A stretch of DNA of 64,000 nucleotides. Origin: Tubiluchus corallicola. Lineage: Eukaryota > Animalia > Priapulida. Shown here piece after piece: positions 42,801-51,197 of this stretch (the first letter of the stretch is position 1; each line of letters starts with the position of its first letter). The notes under the pieces were generated by a model. The model was not told the DNA's origin. It made no database searches and saw only the letters and a program-made list of their open reading frames with translations. The DNA lies in the NCBI GenBank assembly GCA_030141605.1, contig JAQGDQ010000029.1, forward strand, positions 434,001 to 498,000, written 5' to 3'. The position numbers and the translations under genes were made by a program.

Positions 42801-44134
42801 CAGCATCCAGTACTACAGTGTATTACTGACTAAAACTGACTGTAGTATTCTGATGTTTAACAAATTGTGTGGCAAGTTTTTTGTGGTGTGATGATATCAT
42901 TGATGGTGGTAATTACTGGTACTGGCGCTGGTGATGTAGTTATGAAAATTACATAATGGTATGGAGCTATGCTAAATTATTGTATGCATTGATTTGTGAC
43001 GGGAAACTGAAAAATTTATCAAACTTTAATTATTAATTTTGCTGTTAAAAAGCAGCACTTTTGCCTGTATGCAAGGAGATCGCAGGGACAGTGGACAATA
43101 TTGATAGCACTGCACTCGATTAATTATAATTATATTATTAGGATAGATTTATCTACGTAGTCATTTCAGTGACTGACATCTTTACAGAAAAATTAAATAA
43201 CTTGATTATTTTCCGCTAGAAAGATTATAATGGAACTTAAATTAGCACCGGAACTTCTCTTTATAATGACTTAACACTTCCGCTGGTAAATTTATCTCCC
43301 AAGTTTGCTGATGCATCTGGTAACTTAGAAAAAAATGATCGCGCATCTAGGGTTTTATCAACTCCCTATACATCGAAACAAGCAGTCCTCTGTACTAAAA
43401 GCAGTAAACTATTATAAGGACATAACCATAGTTGATTCGTTGGCTGCTATGATGACCTGATGAAACTATTGCCTTTATCAACAGCTTAATTGAGTAGAAC
43501 TTGGCCAAATTAACACACTAATCTGCAAAAATATCACAGATAAAATTCACAAAAATAACATCAACACGAGCGGAGTAGCTGATTGGCGCTATAAAGACAC
43601 AATTAAACAAGTGTTATCCACGTTAAGAAGTGCATACTGTATGCGACCTGCACGAGTGGTATGGTGACCGTTAGGAGGATCGCGTCGCACTAAATGGATA
43701 AATACCGACAAAGCTGTGGCACCTGTATCAGTTCAGTGCTTCATCTTAGAGCACGATCCTTGATAATGATGAATGTTCTGGTCCTGCCAAACAGTCACAT
43801 AGTAAATATGTATGCCCTGCCGCTAAGTCTGAGCCTTGCAGGTGCTAAACTGTACAAAAAAAACATGTGCACGACAACAGTACAATAATTATTATTATTC
43901 TCATTTTTCCTAATGGTTGCGGCAGGCTCAGCAGCATCAGCTTTCATCACCATAATTATAATTACAGTAATTTAGTAATCATGTTAACTTACCAAAGTCT
44001 TTGTAATGGCAAAGAAAAAGAAAAGGCGACCCTCCAGTGAACACATTCTGCAGATTCGCAGAGGAAAGTTTGTTACTTAAAAAGCACACTAGCAGCAAAA
44101 CAAATAACAAAAGTCGTTTTACTACTAATGACAT
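522..44134 (-). CDS. RELN: Reelin (multi-exon gene, 5' ~2020 codons; 3' part lies beyond the left window edge)
   Basis: 40 GT-AG exons with consistent phases (6060 nt total). Translation gives signal peptide + SPFLFLC, reeler domain (FDGFILTGLY...FICSIVASHIS...FSWQAPPSGTGCIEF), H region (ILRDNFD...LNPEIW; SCQSDG...TTRDLDLS) and four reelin repeats with BNR/Asp-box (QYSxDxGxTW), RWWQ...WAxD motifs and central EGF modules, in the same order as vertebrate reelin. Confidence 0.96.
1294..1444 (-). CDS. RELN: Reelin exon 39 (repeat 4/5 boundary)
   Basis: SGKDVWALDNVIIGGDVIPPNVIYDTLDEAPQQNAFMFWPGGRPDYFCS. Confidence 0.92.
1957..2051 (-). CDS. RELN: Reelin exon 38
   Basis: GDSQPAFYNLPLPDQAKTNASRIRFWQPSHG. 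Confidence 0.9.
2422..2597 (-). CDS. RELN: Reelin exon 37
   Basis: AGVRMLESIDFDLTSTRYLQF...VLVQFTNNGGITWHLLREL. Confidence 0.92.
3105..3279 (-). CDS. RELN: Reelin exon 36
   Basis: [17 protein letters not shown]...IWKRVYGAEVGPMCDTLVGGSSLVFHK. Confidence 0.92.
3822..3873. repeat. (AAT)n microsatellite
   Basis: Direct reading. Confidence 0.9.
3939..4079 (-). CDS. RELN: Reelin exon 35 (EGF of repeat 4)
   Basis: TPATRFRW...[27 protein letters not shown]. Confidence 0.93.
4896..5057 (-). CDS. RELN: Reelin exon 34
   Basis: LDYSVDSGRSWHAVEDECLPPNVGCNGYHSSSHYNAETHSTWTRIFAYLPPKA. Confidence 0.92.
5245..5435. repeat. Degenerate (GTT/GCT)n low-complexity tract
   Basis: Direct reading. Confidence 0.7.
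6072..6180 (-). CDS. RELN: Reelin exon 33
   Basis: EHQLAETWDIHILPSAFIQFDIMIGCGRYTYPFSV. Confidence 0.88.
6484..6660 (-). CDS. RELN: Reelin exon 32 (repeat 4 start)
   Basis: HRAPWAVDSI...FQDDFE...GWFK...CLAPNNALEF. Confidence 0.9.
7015..7253 (-). CDS. RELN: Reelin exon 31
   Basis: NLQFAFRLGS...VLLQCSMNNGLSWLTVKELHYKSF...LRWWQPGCQ. Confidence 0.92.
7767..7977 (-). CDS. RELN: Reelin exon 30
   Basis: NSCAD...MVDDFD...MWEKVIGAELGVKCGTLVDRDSLWFGLHGPR...LDT. Confidence 0.9.
8579..8730 (-). CDS. RELN: Reelin exon 29 (EGF of repeat 3)
   Basis: KVQFRWHQ...FALSDVYIGHSCEDHCSGHGLCTRRGCVCNAGFA. Confidence 0.93.
9673..9893 (-). CDS. RELN: Reelin exon 28
   Basis: ISVGC...PVKLQYSVDDGATWLNV...SVYYPGSVSGWRLVVIP. 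Confidence 0.92.
10443..10604 (-). CDS. RELN: Reelin exon 27 (repeat 3)
   Basis: SKEPSSGWL...YCSSDGKVLVL...FIVTKDMRLQPGDVIQFK. Confidence 0.9.
11008..11167 (-). CDS. RELN: Reelin exon 26
   Basis: FVRVSLPADARSQMTMFRWWQPAHDGKGSDQWAMDS... Confidence 0.92.
12108..12316 (-). CDS. RELN: Reelin exon 25
   Basis: SGVRQLTTADFDTSKTTYLQFYLKIGG...LLQYTTDMGATWKLL; donor GTTTGT required by phase. Confidence 0.88.
13078..13206 (-). CDS. RELN: Reelin exon 24
   Basis: FVGDEP...GGERIDGERSCGVLTSGGTLYFYK. Confidence 0.88.
13371..13842. repeat. Tandem duplication, ~250-bp period, two diverged copies
   Basis: 13371-13590 and 13622-13842 align (cttttcctataacacaaaa...gaggttatgcataaatttgta). Confidence 0.88.
13958..14165 (-). 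CDS. RELN: Reelin exon 23 (EGF end + proline-rich insert)
   Basis: CDKGYQGESCLPVSTDARKPSNFKPAEVPVIPPPVAPPPPKSILSNIISYFDAFTTEVPPERPVESENQ. Confidence 0.85.
15056..15193 (-). CDS. RELN: Reelin exon 22 (EGF of repeat 2)
   Basis: SSGTSFRFHQ...EWAIRHLYIGPACPGLCMGHGRCVDASC. Confidence 0.92.
16189..16734. mobile_element. Non-autonomous Kolobok-like DNA transposon
   Basis: TTAA on both sides; imperfect TIR AGGAAATCCAGATGATTGT / ACAATCTTCCGGTCTTCCT; AG..CT termini. Confidence 0.65.
17473..17612 (-). CDS. RELN: Reelin exon 21
   Basis: TKLWNMVNPQCLPSMPHCSSYDKGTIYLRSEYLTWKRVTVMLPKHTW. Confidence 0.92.
18704..18869 (-). CDS. RELN: Reelin exon 20 (repeat 2)
   Basis: FIDKDTVKFPRSLEMHPIPVGPSHMAQFELLMGC...LEFQYSLDN. 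Confidence 0.88.
19396..19635 (-). CDS. RELN: Reelin exon 19
   Basis: HISIHLPCEAQGPRCRFRWWQQSHSGSNQDVWAIDDIML... Confidence 0.92.
20502..20663 (-). CDS. RELN: Reelin exon 18
   Basis: FLQFTVRLGSKSKSGKCPGP...VLWSCNGELTWTLLKEI. Confidence 0.9.
21045..21272 (-). CDS. RELN: Reelin exon 17
   Basis: CDDGYQGTACEVSRDPPPTFLSESF...FQCGILSSGKPMVFNGQGTREITT. Confidence 0.92.
22024..22087 (-). CDS. RELN: Reelin exon 16 (EGF of repeat 1)
   Basis: FIGECANACSGHGRCSLYGC. Confidence 0.9.
22268..22377 (-). CDS. RELN: Reelin exon 15
   Basis: WKKVTLPLPYSALTNSVRFKWKS...WAVDD. Confidence 0.9.
23305..23433 (-). CDS. RELN: Reelin exon 14 (repeat 1, Asp-box)
   Basis: VQLQYSTDKGQSWQTLMSPCVTESC... Confidence 0.9.
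23568..23690. repeat. GA-rich purine tract
   Basis: Direct reading. Confidence 0.8.
23987..24195 (-). CDS. RELN: Reelin exon 13
   Basis: VETFLSFPIE...TTFCLTQK...NVWYIDNVELLP...AQFGINMQCG. Confidence 0.9.
25418..25515 (-). CDS. RELN: Reelin exon 12 (divergent)
   Basis: KSGSVAAAKLDMMVQVTGLRRKSVYLVQALEG; chosen because it has AG/GT ends and bridges phase 1 to phase 0; weak sequence similarity. Confidence 0.65.
25733..25920 (+). mobile_element. tRNA-derived SINE / tRNA pseudogene
   Basis: A box TAGTTCAGCTGG and B box GGTTCAAATCC at tRNA-like spacing; no intact cloverleaf; 3' boundary approximate. Confidence 0.55.
25930..26060 (-). CDS. RELN: Reelin exon 11
   Basis: WEVVGGELGKEGWLAMNGSRRRRVCTTELDTRRAENIRLKFYM. 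Confidence 0.85.
26458..26609 (-). CDS. RELN: Reelin exon 10
   Basis: SSCQSDGAAVVFNGEAGQNSYITTRDLDLSDID... Confidence 0.9.
27274..27688. mobile_element. pogo/Tigger-like MITE
   Basis: TA flanks; imperfect TIR CACTCATACCTCGGTTTGC / GCAAACCGAGATATCAGTG. Confidence 0.65.
27598..27893. repeat. Near-perfect 148-bp tandem duplication
   Basis: 27598-27745 and 27746-27893; I see one substitution (ccgaga/ccaaga). Confidence 0.92.
28502..28721 (-). CDS. RELN: Reelin exon 9
   Basis: FVPDTVVHVLTLPDGARSENVCFRWQQ...CWAIDNIVIVN...NWIFFPGGQVK. Confidence 0.93.
29284..29377 (-). CDS. RELN: Reelin exon 8
   Basis: LGTCKFVADSDIHIQYGLNNCSQWRNIETI. Confidence 0.87.
30378..30429 (-). CDS. RELN: Reelin exon 7
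   Basis: ASHAVNTSTATSLQFSL. Confidence 0.85.
31205..31290 (-). mobile_element. Fragment of element with degenerate TTAGGG-like array (Helentron/HINE-like)
   Basis: ttaggattagggttagagttgggattagggttaggg followed by tgtgggatgaattttaaactc; reverse complement of the 51983-52150 element. Confidence 0.5.
32057..32551. mobile_element. Tc2/pogo-type MITE (Tc1-mariner superfamily)
   Basis: Perfect 23-bp TIR CCGTATATACTCGCATATAAGCC, TA target duplication, internal TATAAGCCG subterminal repeats. Confidence 0.92.
32854..32950 (-). CDS. RELN: Reelin exon 6
   Basis: QELRNGQLGQNCGNVLVGNSISFCSENWPKHL. Confidence 0.88.
33346..33612 (+). repeat. Dispersed repeat, copy 1 of 3
   Basis: Shares cores (aactaagcaa...tcaataagat...accag...tgaa) with 36396-36660 and 61415-61667. 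Confidence 0.65.
33953..34058 (-). CDS. RELN: Reelin exon 5
   Basis: GNEVLPKTGLSGLHENGIILRDNFDFRDELNPEIW. Confidence 0.9.
34830..34900 (-). CDS. RELN: Reelin exon 4
   Basis: ATVTLRDQVLIKDSQVLQLCENK. Confidence 0.88.
35064..35368. repeat. Minisatellite, ~78-bp unit, about 4 copies
   Basis: Unit approx. aaaaacacaaaaattcgctgaaggtcggaaagacggattcctgtgcgagtcctgacagaatttaaaggaaaacctgacc. Confidence 0.88.
36396..36660 (+). repeat. Dispersed repeat, copy 2 of 3
   Basis: See 33346-33612. Confidence 0.6.
38787..39033 (-). CDS. RELN: Reelin exon 3 (reeler domain)
   Basis: SVHSNLGFDGFILTGLY...FICSIVASHISVSPVKQLDFSWQAPPSGTGCIEF. Confidence 0.93.
39253..39715. mobile_element. Two nested, oppositely oriented copies of a tRNA-derived SINE
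   Basis: Plus copy ~39438-39660 (tRNA-like head, TGTCTT tail) sits inside a minus copy whose head is ~39665-39715 and whose B box, body and tail are ~39253-39433. Confidence 0.65.
39909..39998 (-). CDS. RELN: Reelin exon 2 (reeler domain)
   Basis: ETNLNRNSFHLSVSINGGEKKYSPGLIYN; AG/GT flanks, phase 1-1. Confidence 0.88.
42576..42648. repeat. Perfect inverted repeat (32-bp arms, 9-nt loop)
   Basis: aaagttagaatgtgtgtcacaaaagctgttgc-gtttttgct-gcaacagcttttgtgacacacattctaacttt. Confidence 0.93.
43993..44134 (-). CDS. RELN: Reelin coding exon 1 (start codon, signal peptide)
   Basis: MSLVVKRLLLFVLLLVCFLSNKLSSANLQNVFTGGSPFLFLCHYKDF; donor GTAAGT. Confidence 0.9.
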
Positions 44135-45001
44135 GATGATGAAAATCGGGAGCTAAATGTGAAATTGACTCCACTTCAAAGCGCACAACGAAGATCTAGA
44201 TAATCTCTTAAAATTAAATAAAATATTGTAATATCACCAAATATGAGCACATCAGTCAACCTGCTTGTGAATAGTAACACTTATAAAACCATCGTATAAG
44301 TGCATTCTACTTATTGTAATTACAATAACAAATCTACTGTGAAGTAACTAAATAACTTTTGTTAATGCAGCTGTTGACAATAAAAATTCACGCTATACTA
44401 AAGCAACTAGCCGATCTGTAACTTTCAACTTTCTGGGCTTAAGTCCATATAAAGTGTCTGTTTAGCCGCAAACGAAGTTTAGTGGCTGCAGTGTAATCCT
44501 AGCCAGGAGCATCAATCAAACTGTTGTAATCAGCACCGTACCTCAATCCTCTTCCCACCCTCAAGTTGCAATATATCGCTATGAGAATTTGACTGTAAGT
44601 TAACTGCTTAACTTAATTCTTTTGGCGCTGCATTGGTCCTTACAAATAACTTGTCGTAAATTATAGTTTTTTTGAATTGTGAGTTTGTATTCTGGTAATC
44701 CCGGACCTATTCAGGAAACAAAAATTTTGTAATCGCCCAAGACTGCGTGAATCACTTTCTTTTCAAGAAAACGCAAAGTATTCTAGACAGTTAGGCTTAT
44801 TTCAATGTTCGCGAAAAATGTTAAAAGAATTTAGTAACAAAACTGCAATAAGCTGTAACTAGTAAAATTACTTTGAAGTCGCGATCACTTCGTGCTTGGG
44901 CCCTCTTATTTTGAATGCCCATTCTTCCACCAAAGACGCCATTCGTCATGAAGAAAAGTAACGCACTGTCAATCTTCATCAAAAGTATAATAAGTTCTTA
45001 C

Positions 45002-45180
45002 CAAAAAACGAGTATGTTAATTTTGTAGTATTTTCGCGTGAACATTAAGTAAGCTGCGGAAATTTGAATTAGACTGAGCAGCGCGCGCTTACGGAAAGAC
45101 ACGACGCGCCTACGAAAAGTTACCCAAAGTCTCCCAGTTGCGTCGCGATTTACAAGTGAATCGCGGCTCTGGTCACCTGG
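45002..45180 (-). promoter_or_regulatory. Putative reelin promoter / non-coding first exon
   Basis: Locally CpG-rich patch; minus-strand donor GTAAGA at 45001; acceptor TAG at 44196-44198 about 60 nt upstream of the ATG; Inr-like TCAGTC at 45072-45077. Confidence 0.4.
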
Positions 45181-46553
45181 GAAATTCATTTTGTTGGATG
45201 TGTTTGCCTGACTGGTATACACCGTAGTGTTTGCTTTGCTTGTTGTCTTTGTTTCGCCCAGCAGATCTTTTTTTAAAGTTTTCCAATTAATGGCTATTAC
45301 ATGTATTTTTATAGCATCATTAGATGGAGCATGTTCTCATGTTTGTCATGTCATGCATTTTTCTCTTAGCAGTCTGTCTATGAGTATTGGGTAAAAAGCT
45401 TTACGTCTGTAATAGTTCACGTTATTTTTCGAAAGCTTACACTTATATAATCACTGCATTATGTCGGTAATGTAATTATTGCAGATAGCTTTAAAGATTA
45501 TGGCCAACTGCAAAATATTTTGTACCTTTATAAATATCCGCTAATATGTGATTTAATGTAAAATGCACAAGCGCAGATCCAAAATTTAAAAGTTGTGTAG
45601 TTTTATGCATGTCTTGAAAAACTTGTAAGGTTATTTGCACTGTAATATTGATTTTACTTTGCAAATGTACACTATTTTTATTTCTAAAATAACTGGTTTG
45701 TCTAGGCACGTCAGTGACAGTCTCACTTTGATTCACTGCCAGTGATAACTAATGATGAAATGTGCTTTGAATTTTAGTAAAAACAGCATATTCCACTTAT
45801 AGTCCCAAATAGGTTTTGACCACGCTGTAACTTTCGCTATGTATTGTAACTACGTCCTAAAAATATGCCAAAATGTTCTTTAAATGCAAATTTTGGAATC
45901 ATTATTTGATACTGGAATTATTATTTGATCTGTTTTTCATGTCGTTGCTGATTGATACATGTAATTGACGTTTGAACATATTTTCATTGATAAGTTCTTT
46001 GAAAATTAGTCATTCTCATGTGATTTTTTCGCACTGTAGAATTATTTAATCGTTTCAAGTATAAACCCCAGTAATTCAATCACGTAAGATTATTTTACCT
46101 TATAAGGTCTGCGTTGATCATTCGTGATTGCATTGTATGCAAATACAGTACATATATTAATTTATTTTTTTCGTATTAAATGCAACAAGCAGTATCTGAT
46201 GTTATGTAAATCAAAATTCTTTGCACGTTGAATGAAAATGTTGGCAACCACCACTCATGAAAATGTCCTTTGAGAGGTAGCATATTTTAAATTTATGCTT
46301 TATAGGCAGTTCTTTGCAAATTTCTTTGTTAACAGTAAGTTATGGTGATAACAGTAAAATTTAACTCATCATACCGAGTGACTTGTTCTTTTCTTCAATA
46401 ATAGATAACTGCCAGTTGAATATGTGAAACAATATAGTAGGGTAAGTATATTGGAAAATAAGCACTCTACCCCTAAAAATTGCAGGAAAGCGTTGTGAGT
46501 ATGGATCTTTGTCCCTCGAGTTTTCAAGCTGGCTCCCGCAATGAGTCTTACAG

Positions 46554-47610
46554 TGTGAATCTATCAAGTTCGATCAGGAATTTAGTGTCTAAACGATTAT
46601 GAGTCTTGAGTAACTCTTTAAACATTAAACAACTCAATAGTTACGTTAAATTTAAGAATGGTTTATTACAATTGAATTTACAATACAATTCGAGTTCTAA
46701 GATAAGTACAAAGCTTATTCCTTATGCGCTGATGGGCGCTTACAATTACCGCTCGAATCCAAAGAGATACTACCAAACATAAAATATTACTCAAATTGTA
46801 ATGTTTGCACTTATGGTGCTTAAGTTACTCTGTGATTACAATTCACGAAACTGTTACAGTTACAGCATCAGAGAATAAAGTAAATCTACTTAACGTGAGG
46901 ACTGGCCTACTTAACAATCGCTATTGACCAGATCCTGATTCCTGAACGAAACTTCTCAGCATCAGTGATTTGTCGAAGCAAATGACGCAGTAGTATTACT
47001 ACGCTGAGCTAAAGATAGGTCTTGTAAAAGATCGTCTCGTCGAAGTAAACGGCAACACACCTCTCTCCCTGACTCTGTGCGCGTGTGTGAGTGAACTCTG
47101 AACTTTCACTCTGCTTATGAAGCGAAAGTCATTAAGCCAGGTATTGCGCCGAGGTCCCCAGTATTGCACCATGTGACCTCCCGTGGCTGACTTCCGTGAC
47201 TCTCCTGGTAATTTAAATTACCAGAGGTCGCAACCCTATTACCTTAGACATTGAATTATTGCTTGATAGGTTAATTTAACAATCAGTAAATGACTTGTAC
47301 TGACCCTAACAATGTAACTTCCTGACTTGTTCATCGGCAAATGGCTAGCGCCGGACGCATTTTTATGTACGCTAATTGGCACCTTAACTCTTTAACTAGT
47401 CGGTGTGTCTTTTAATCTTCTACTTTCTCGTTCACTAACCTATGACACCTGAACTCATTAAATTCAAGGTACAAGCTGGGTGAGTCAGTTATAATCAAAT
47501 TGTATGGTTTTCGTTATTAAACCAAGGAGGAGTATATTATCTCCGAAATCTAATCATTTAATTATTCCTATTAATTTCCAATTAATTTCTTATTTTAAAT
47601 TTGATTCACA
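46554..47610 (-). mobile_element. Probable solo LTR (~1057 bp)
   Basis: TG...CA termini with 8-bp inverted repeat TGTGAATC/GATTCACA; flanks ACAG/ACAA (4-bp TSD, one mismatch); minus-strand AATAAA near 46662. Confidence 0.55.
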
Positions 47611-47633
47611 ACAATATGCACTAATCTAAGCGA

Positions 47634-49324
47634 TCTCATCGAGCACTTGCACGACCTCCTTTTACAATCCTGGGATGAAGGTACTGTGCCTCAGGACATA
47701 CGTGATGCCAACATTATTACCCTTTACAAAAATAAAGGCGATCGGAGCGATTGTAACAACTATCGCGGAATATCCCTCCTTTTCACCTTGGGAAAGACCT
47801 TCACCCGCGTGCTACTAAACGACTCCACCCTCTCGCCGAACGGGTATACCCTGAAGCACAATGCGGTTTCAGGGCAGAGAGATCCACTATCGACATAATA
47901 TTCTCTCTAAGACAACTGCAAGAAAAATGCCGCAAACAACTACGGCCCCTGTTTAAAGCATTCACTGACCTGACCAAAGCATTTGATTTGGTTAGCAGAT
48001 CGGGCCTGTTTACACTCCTGCAGAGAATTGGATGCCCCCCCCCCCAAAGCTACTGAGATTGATTACTTCCTTCCACGAGGAAATGAAAGGTACTGTTCAG
48101 TGCGACGGCTCCTCCTCAGACCCATTCCCAATCAAAAGAGGAGTTAAATAAGGATGTGTCCTCACCCCAACCCTCTTTGGTATCCTTTTCTCTCTGCTGC
48201 TGTGCTATGCATTCAAAGAAACTGAAGAAGGAGTCTATCTACACACCTGAAGCGATGGCAGCCTGTCCAATCTCTCTCGCCTCCAAGCAAAGCCACGGGT
48301 TCGCAAAGTTCTCATTCGCAAAATGCTGTTCGCAGATGATGCCGCACTGTCAACTCACACTGAAGCCGGCCTCCAAGGCTTCATTGACAACTTTGCCCAT
48401 GCCTGCACTGAGTTTGGCCTCACAATTAGTATCCAAAAGACCAAGGAGCTGGGCCAAGATGTTTTCCCAGCCCCTCACATCTCCATCGATAACTGCTGCC
48501 TCGACGTGGTGGAAGACTTTACCTATCTTGGTTCTGTTATTTCCAGCAATCTTAGCCTGGCCACAGAACTGAACTCTAGAATCGGCAAGGCCTCACCAAC
48601 GATGGCCCGCTTAACGAAGAGGGTGTGGGAAAACAACATGCTGACCATCAAAACAAAATCCCAAGTGTAACAAGCTGTGTAGTGAGCACACTGTTGTACG
48701 GGAGCAAGAGCTGGACTCTGTATAGCCATCAAGAATGCAGGCTCAATGCTTTCCACCAACGTTGCCTCAGAATAATCCTGGGCATCTCATGGCAGGAGCA
48801 CGTAACCAATAAGGATGTGCTAGCAAGAGCTGGAAATCATAGCATGTATGCCATACTTTCCAACAGACGTCTGCGCTGGTTAGGTCATGTTTCCCGCATG
48901 CAGGACGGCAGATTGTCCAAGGACATTCTGTACGGCGAGATCGCCACTGGCTCCAGACCCACTGGGAGGCTACTACTCCGCTCCAAAGATGTATGTAAAC
49001 GGGGCCTCAAGGCAGGCGGCATTACACCAGCAAATTACGAGGCGCTTGCAGCAGATCGAAGCAACTGGAAATCTGCTATCAGGACAGCCATCAACAGAGC
49101 GGAAAAAACGAGGGAGAAGAAACAAGAGGATAAAAGGACTCACAGGCATCAGAAAGATGTCCTACCTCACCCGGATGAAAAAGCCTTCCAATGTGCAACC
49201 TGCAGCCAATGTTCAAGGATCGGACTGCTCAGCCACAGTCAACGCTGCAGCTCCATCAATGTGATCAGTAACTTCCTCTCTTGGCGCACACTCCATTGTC
49301 TTCCGAGACAGAAGGATGCCAACA
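47634..49324 (+). mobile_element. 5'-truncated RTE-clade non-LTR retrotransposon (reverse transcriptase pseudogene)
   Basis: KNKGDRSDCNNYRGISLL, FTDLTKAFD, LFADDAAL, FTYLGS, LLYGSKSW, RLRWLGHVSRM, C-terminal CxxC..H..C; frameshifts and stops; 11-bp TSD AATCTAAGCGA at 47623-47633 and 49325-49335. Confidence 0.95.
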
Positions 49325-50489
49325 AATCTAAGCGACAACTGTGCCATTCAAAACCAGATTAGTCTCTTTTATATACGGATTAACTCTTTACTAAAAACAT
49401 TTTCTATGTGTTCAGATGATATTAAAATCGTGCTGTTTAACGTTGTCTTTATGGAGTGTTTGCAGTGTTGTAAAAAATAGAGTGTGTTTTGTATACAACA
49501 ATGGTATCAGAAAACTCGTAAACAGCCTTATGTGTGTAAACCTATCTCTACCCTAATTCACTCATACTCCAAGAAGATCGTATTACAGCGTTCGAAATAG
49601 GTTACTACTGCACACTGGCAATGCAGTGCTATTATAATTGCTGTCAGCTCCTACTTTTTTGTGAAATGGAACGAATTACATTACATAATTAGTCTTTATT
49701 ATTATTTAGCTCTTTATTTACTAAAGCTGTATATATATATATATACCTTCATCCCTTATGTATATATACCTTTACTAATTTTTTATTTCATTGTATTTAT
49801 TTCATTTTAGTACTGCATTTGTATTTTATATGGTCTTAGTTACCGTGAATTTTGAATTTAAATAGTCTCTTGTGCAAGCTTTCCCGAGTTTGTGATATTC
49901 AGTCACGTCCTCAGTTTTACCGTATTGCTAACCTGTACTAGCATAATTTGATCTACAATATGTCTGCGAGACACATTCATGATATGAGCAATGACATGCA
50001 ACTACAGAGCTTAGACACGAGTTTTAATTTGAACATATCTGAAGTTATGCGTTAGTGACTATCATATCATATTAGTAGGGGAAGAAAAAGGAAGTAAGCT
50101 TACCTGTTCGAAAGAGTTGCATAATTGGAAAAGAAAATTCTTCATAATTTAAAATTTCGCGCCACCTGGTAAAACTGCACTGTATCTCCCCATGCCAATG
50201 TGCACCACTGGTCGACTCACGAAAAACTCATTATTGATCTTAAGGGCAATATAAACTAAAGTAATATAAATTTTAGCTTAATGAGCGAAGAGTGTGCTAC
50301 GCATACTACGGTTAGTTTTGCAAATTTAGGCAATGTTATCTAAACTTCTTTTAAATGACAGGCTAGCGTTAAAATGGGTGCGCATAATGGGAGTGTAAAG
50401 TTCTGCTGTGCTCCTTATTAAAGCATCATTATTAAAGCATTACTCTATCTTTATATATCGATCATTCGACCTAACATAGAGTAGGGCAG

Positions 50490-50855
50490 TGTATCTTAAC
50501 CCATTTGGCAGATTTCATAATTTTATTATCAATCTGGTTTGTTATGATCTGGGTCAACTTTGCAATCCTTTGCTCATCGAAGGACAGTTGTTACATTAAG
50601 CCTCTGTCATCGCTACTTCTATTGATGATGCTCTCAACATCTTCGCTGTTTTTTTCCAAAATGTCATAAATTTGTTCGTAGTACATGCTCAACTGTTTCT
50701 TCTTATAGGTTTACCTGGACATTCATAGATGTAGAAATACTAGTGATAAATCTAGTTTCTTCACACGGGCTTCTTGTCTGTGAAATTCTCTACCAGAAAA
50801 TTTCCCTGAAAACTACAACCTATTCCGATTCAAGAAGAATATGCACAGATACCTT
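50490..50855 (+). mobile_element. Decayed 3' end of a CR1/L2-group LINE
   Basis: Residual FFTRASCL*NSLP..FP..YNL..FK motif; heavily degraded. Confidence 0.45.
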
Positions 50856-51197
50856 CTATGTCTAGCATACTAGTAATATAAATTGTACGTCTCTTGATAT
50901 GTACTCATACATTCACCTTTTCGTTGTAACTCTTACCCAGAGTGGCTTTCGTCTCATGTGCGATAATTTGTCTAAAAAAATAAACCACATTTTTTGGAAT
51001 ATAAATATTTGTCAATTGAGTATATATATGTAAAATCTGTGATATATAAGAAATACAAGAAAAACGGTGGAAGCAAAGAAAATCAAAGTTTATAATAAAT
51101 TCCTAAATCAATTGTTATTTAACCTGCATTATAAAATTATCTAAACTAGTAACATAAAGTGAAATCCCAGACTGTTTAAAAAACATGTTGGTAAAGC

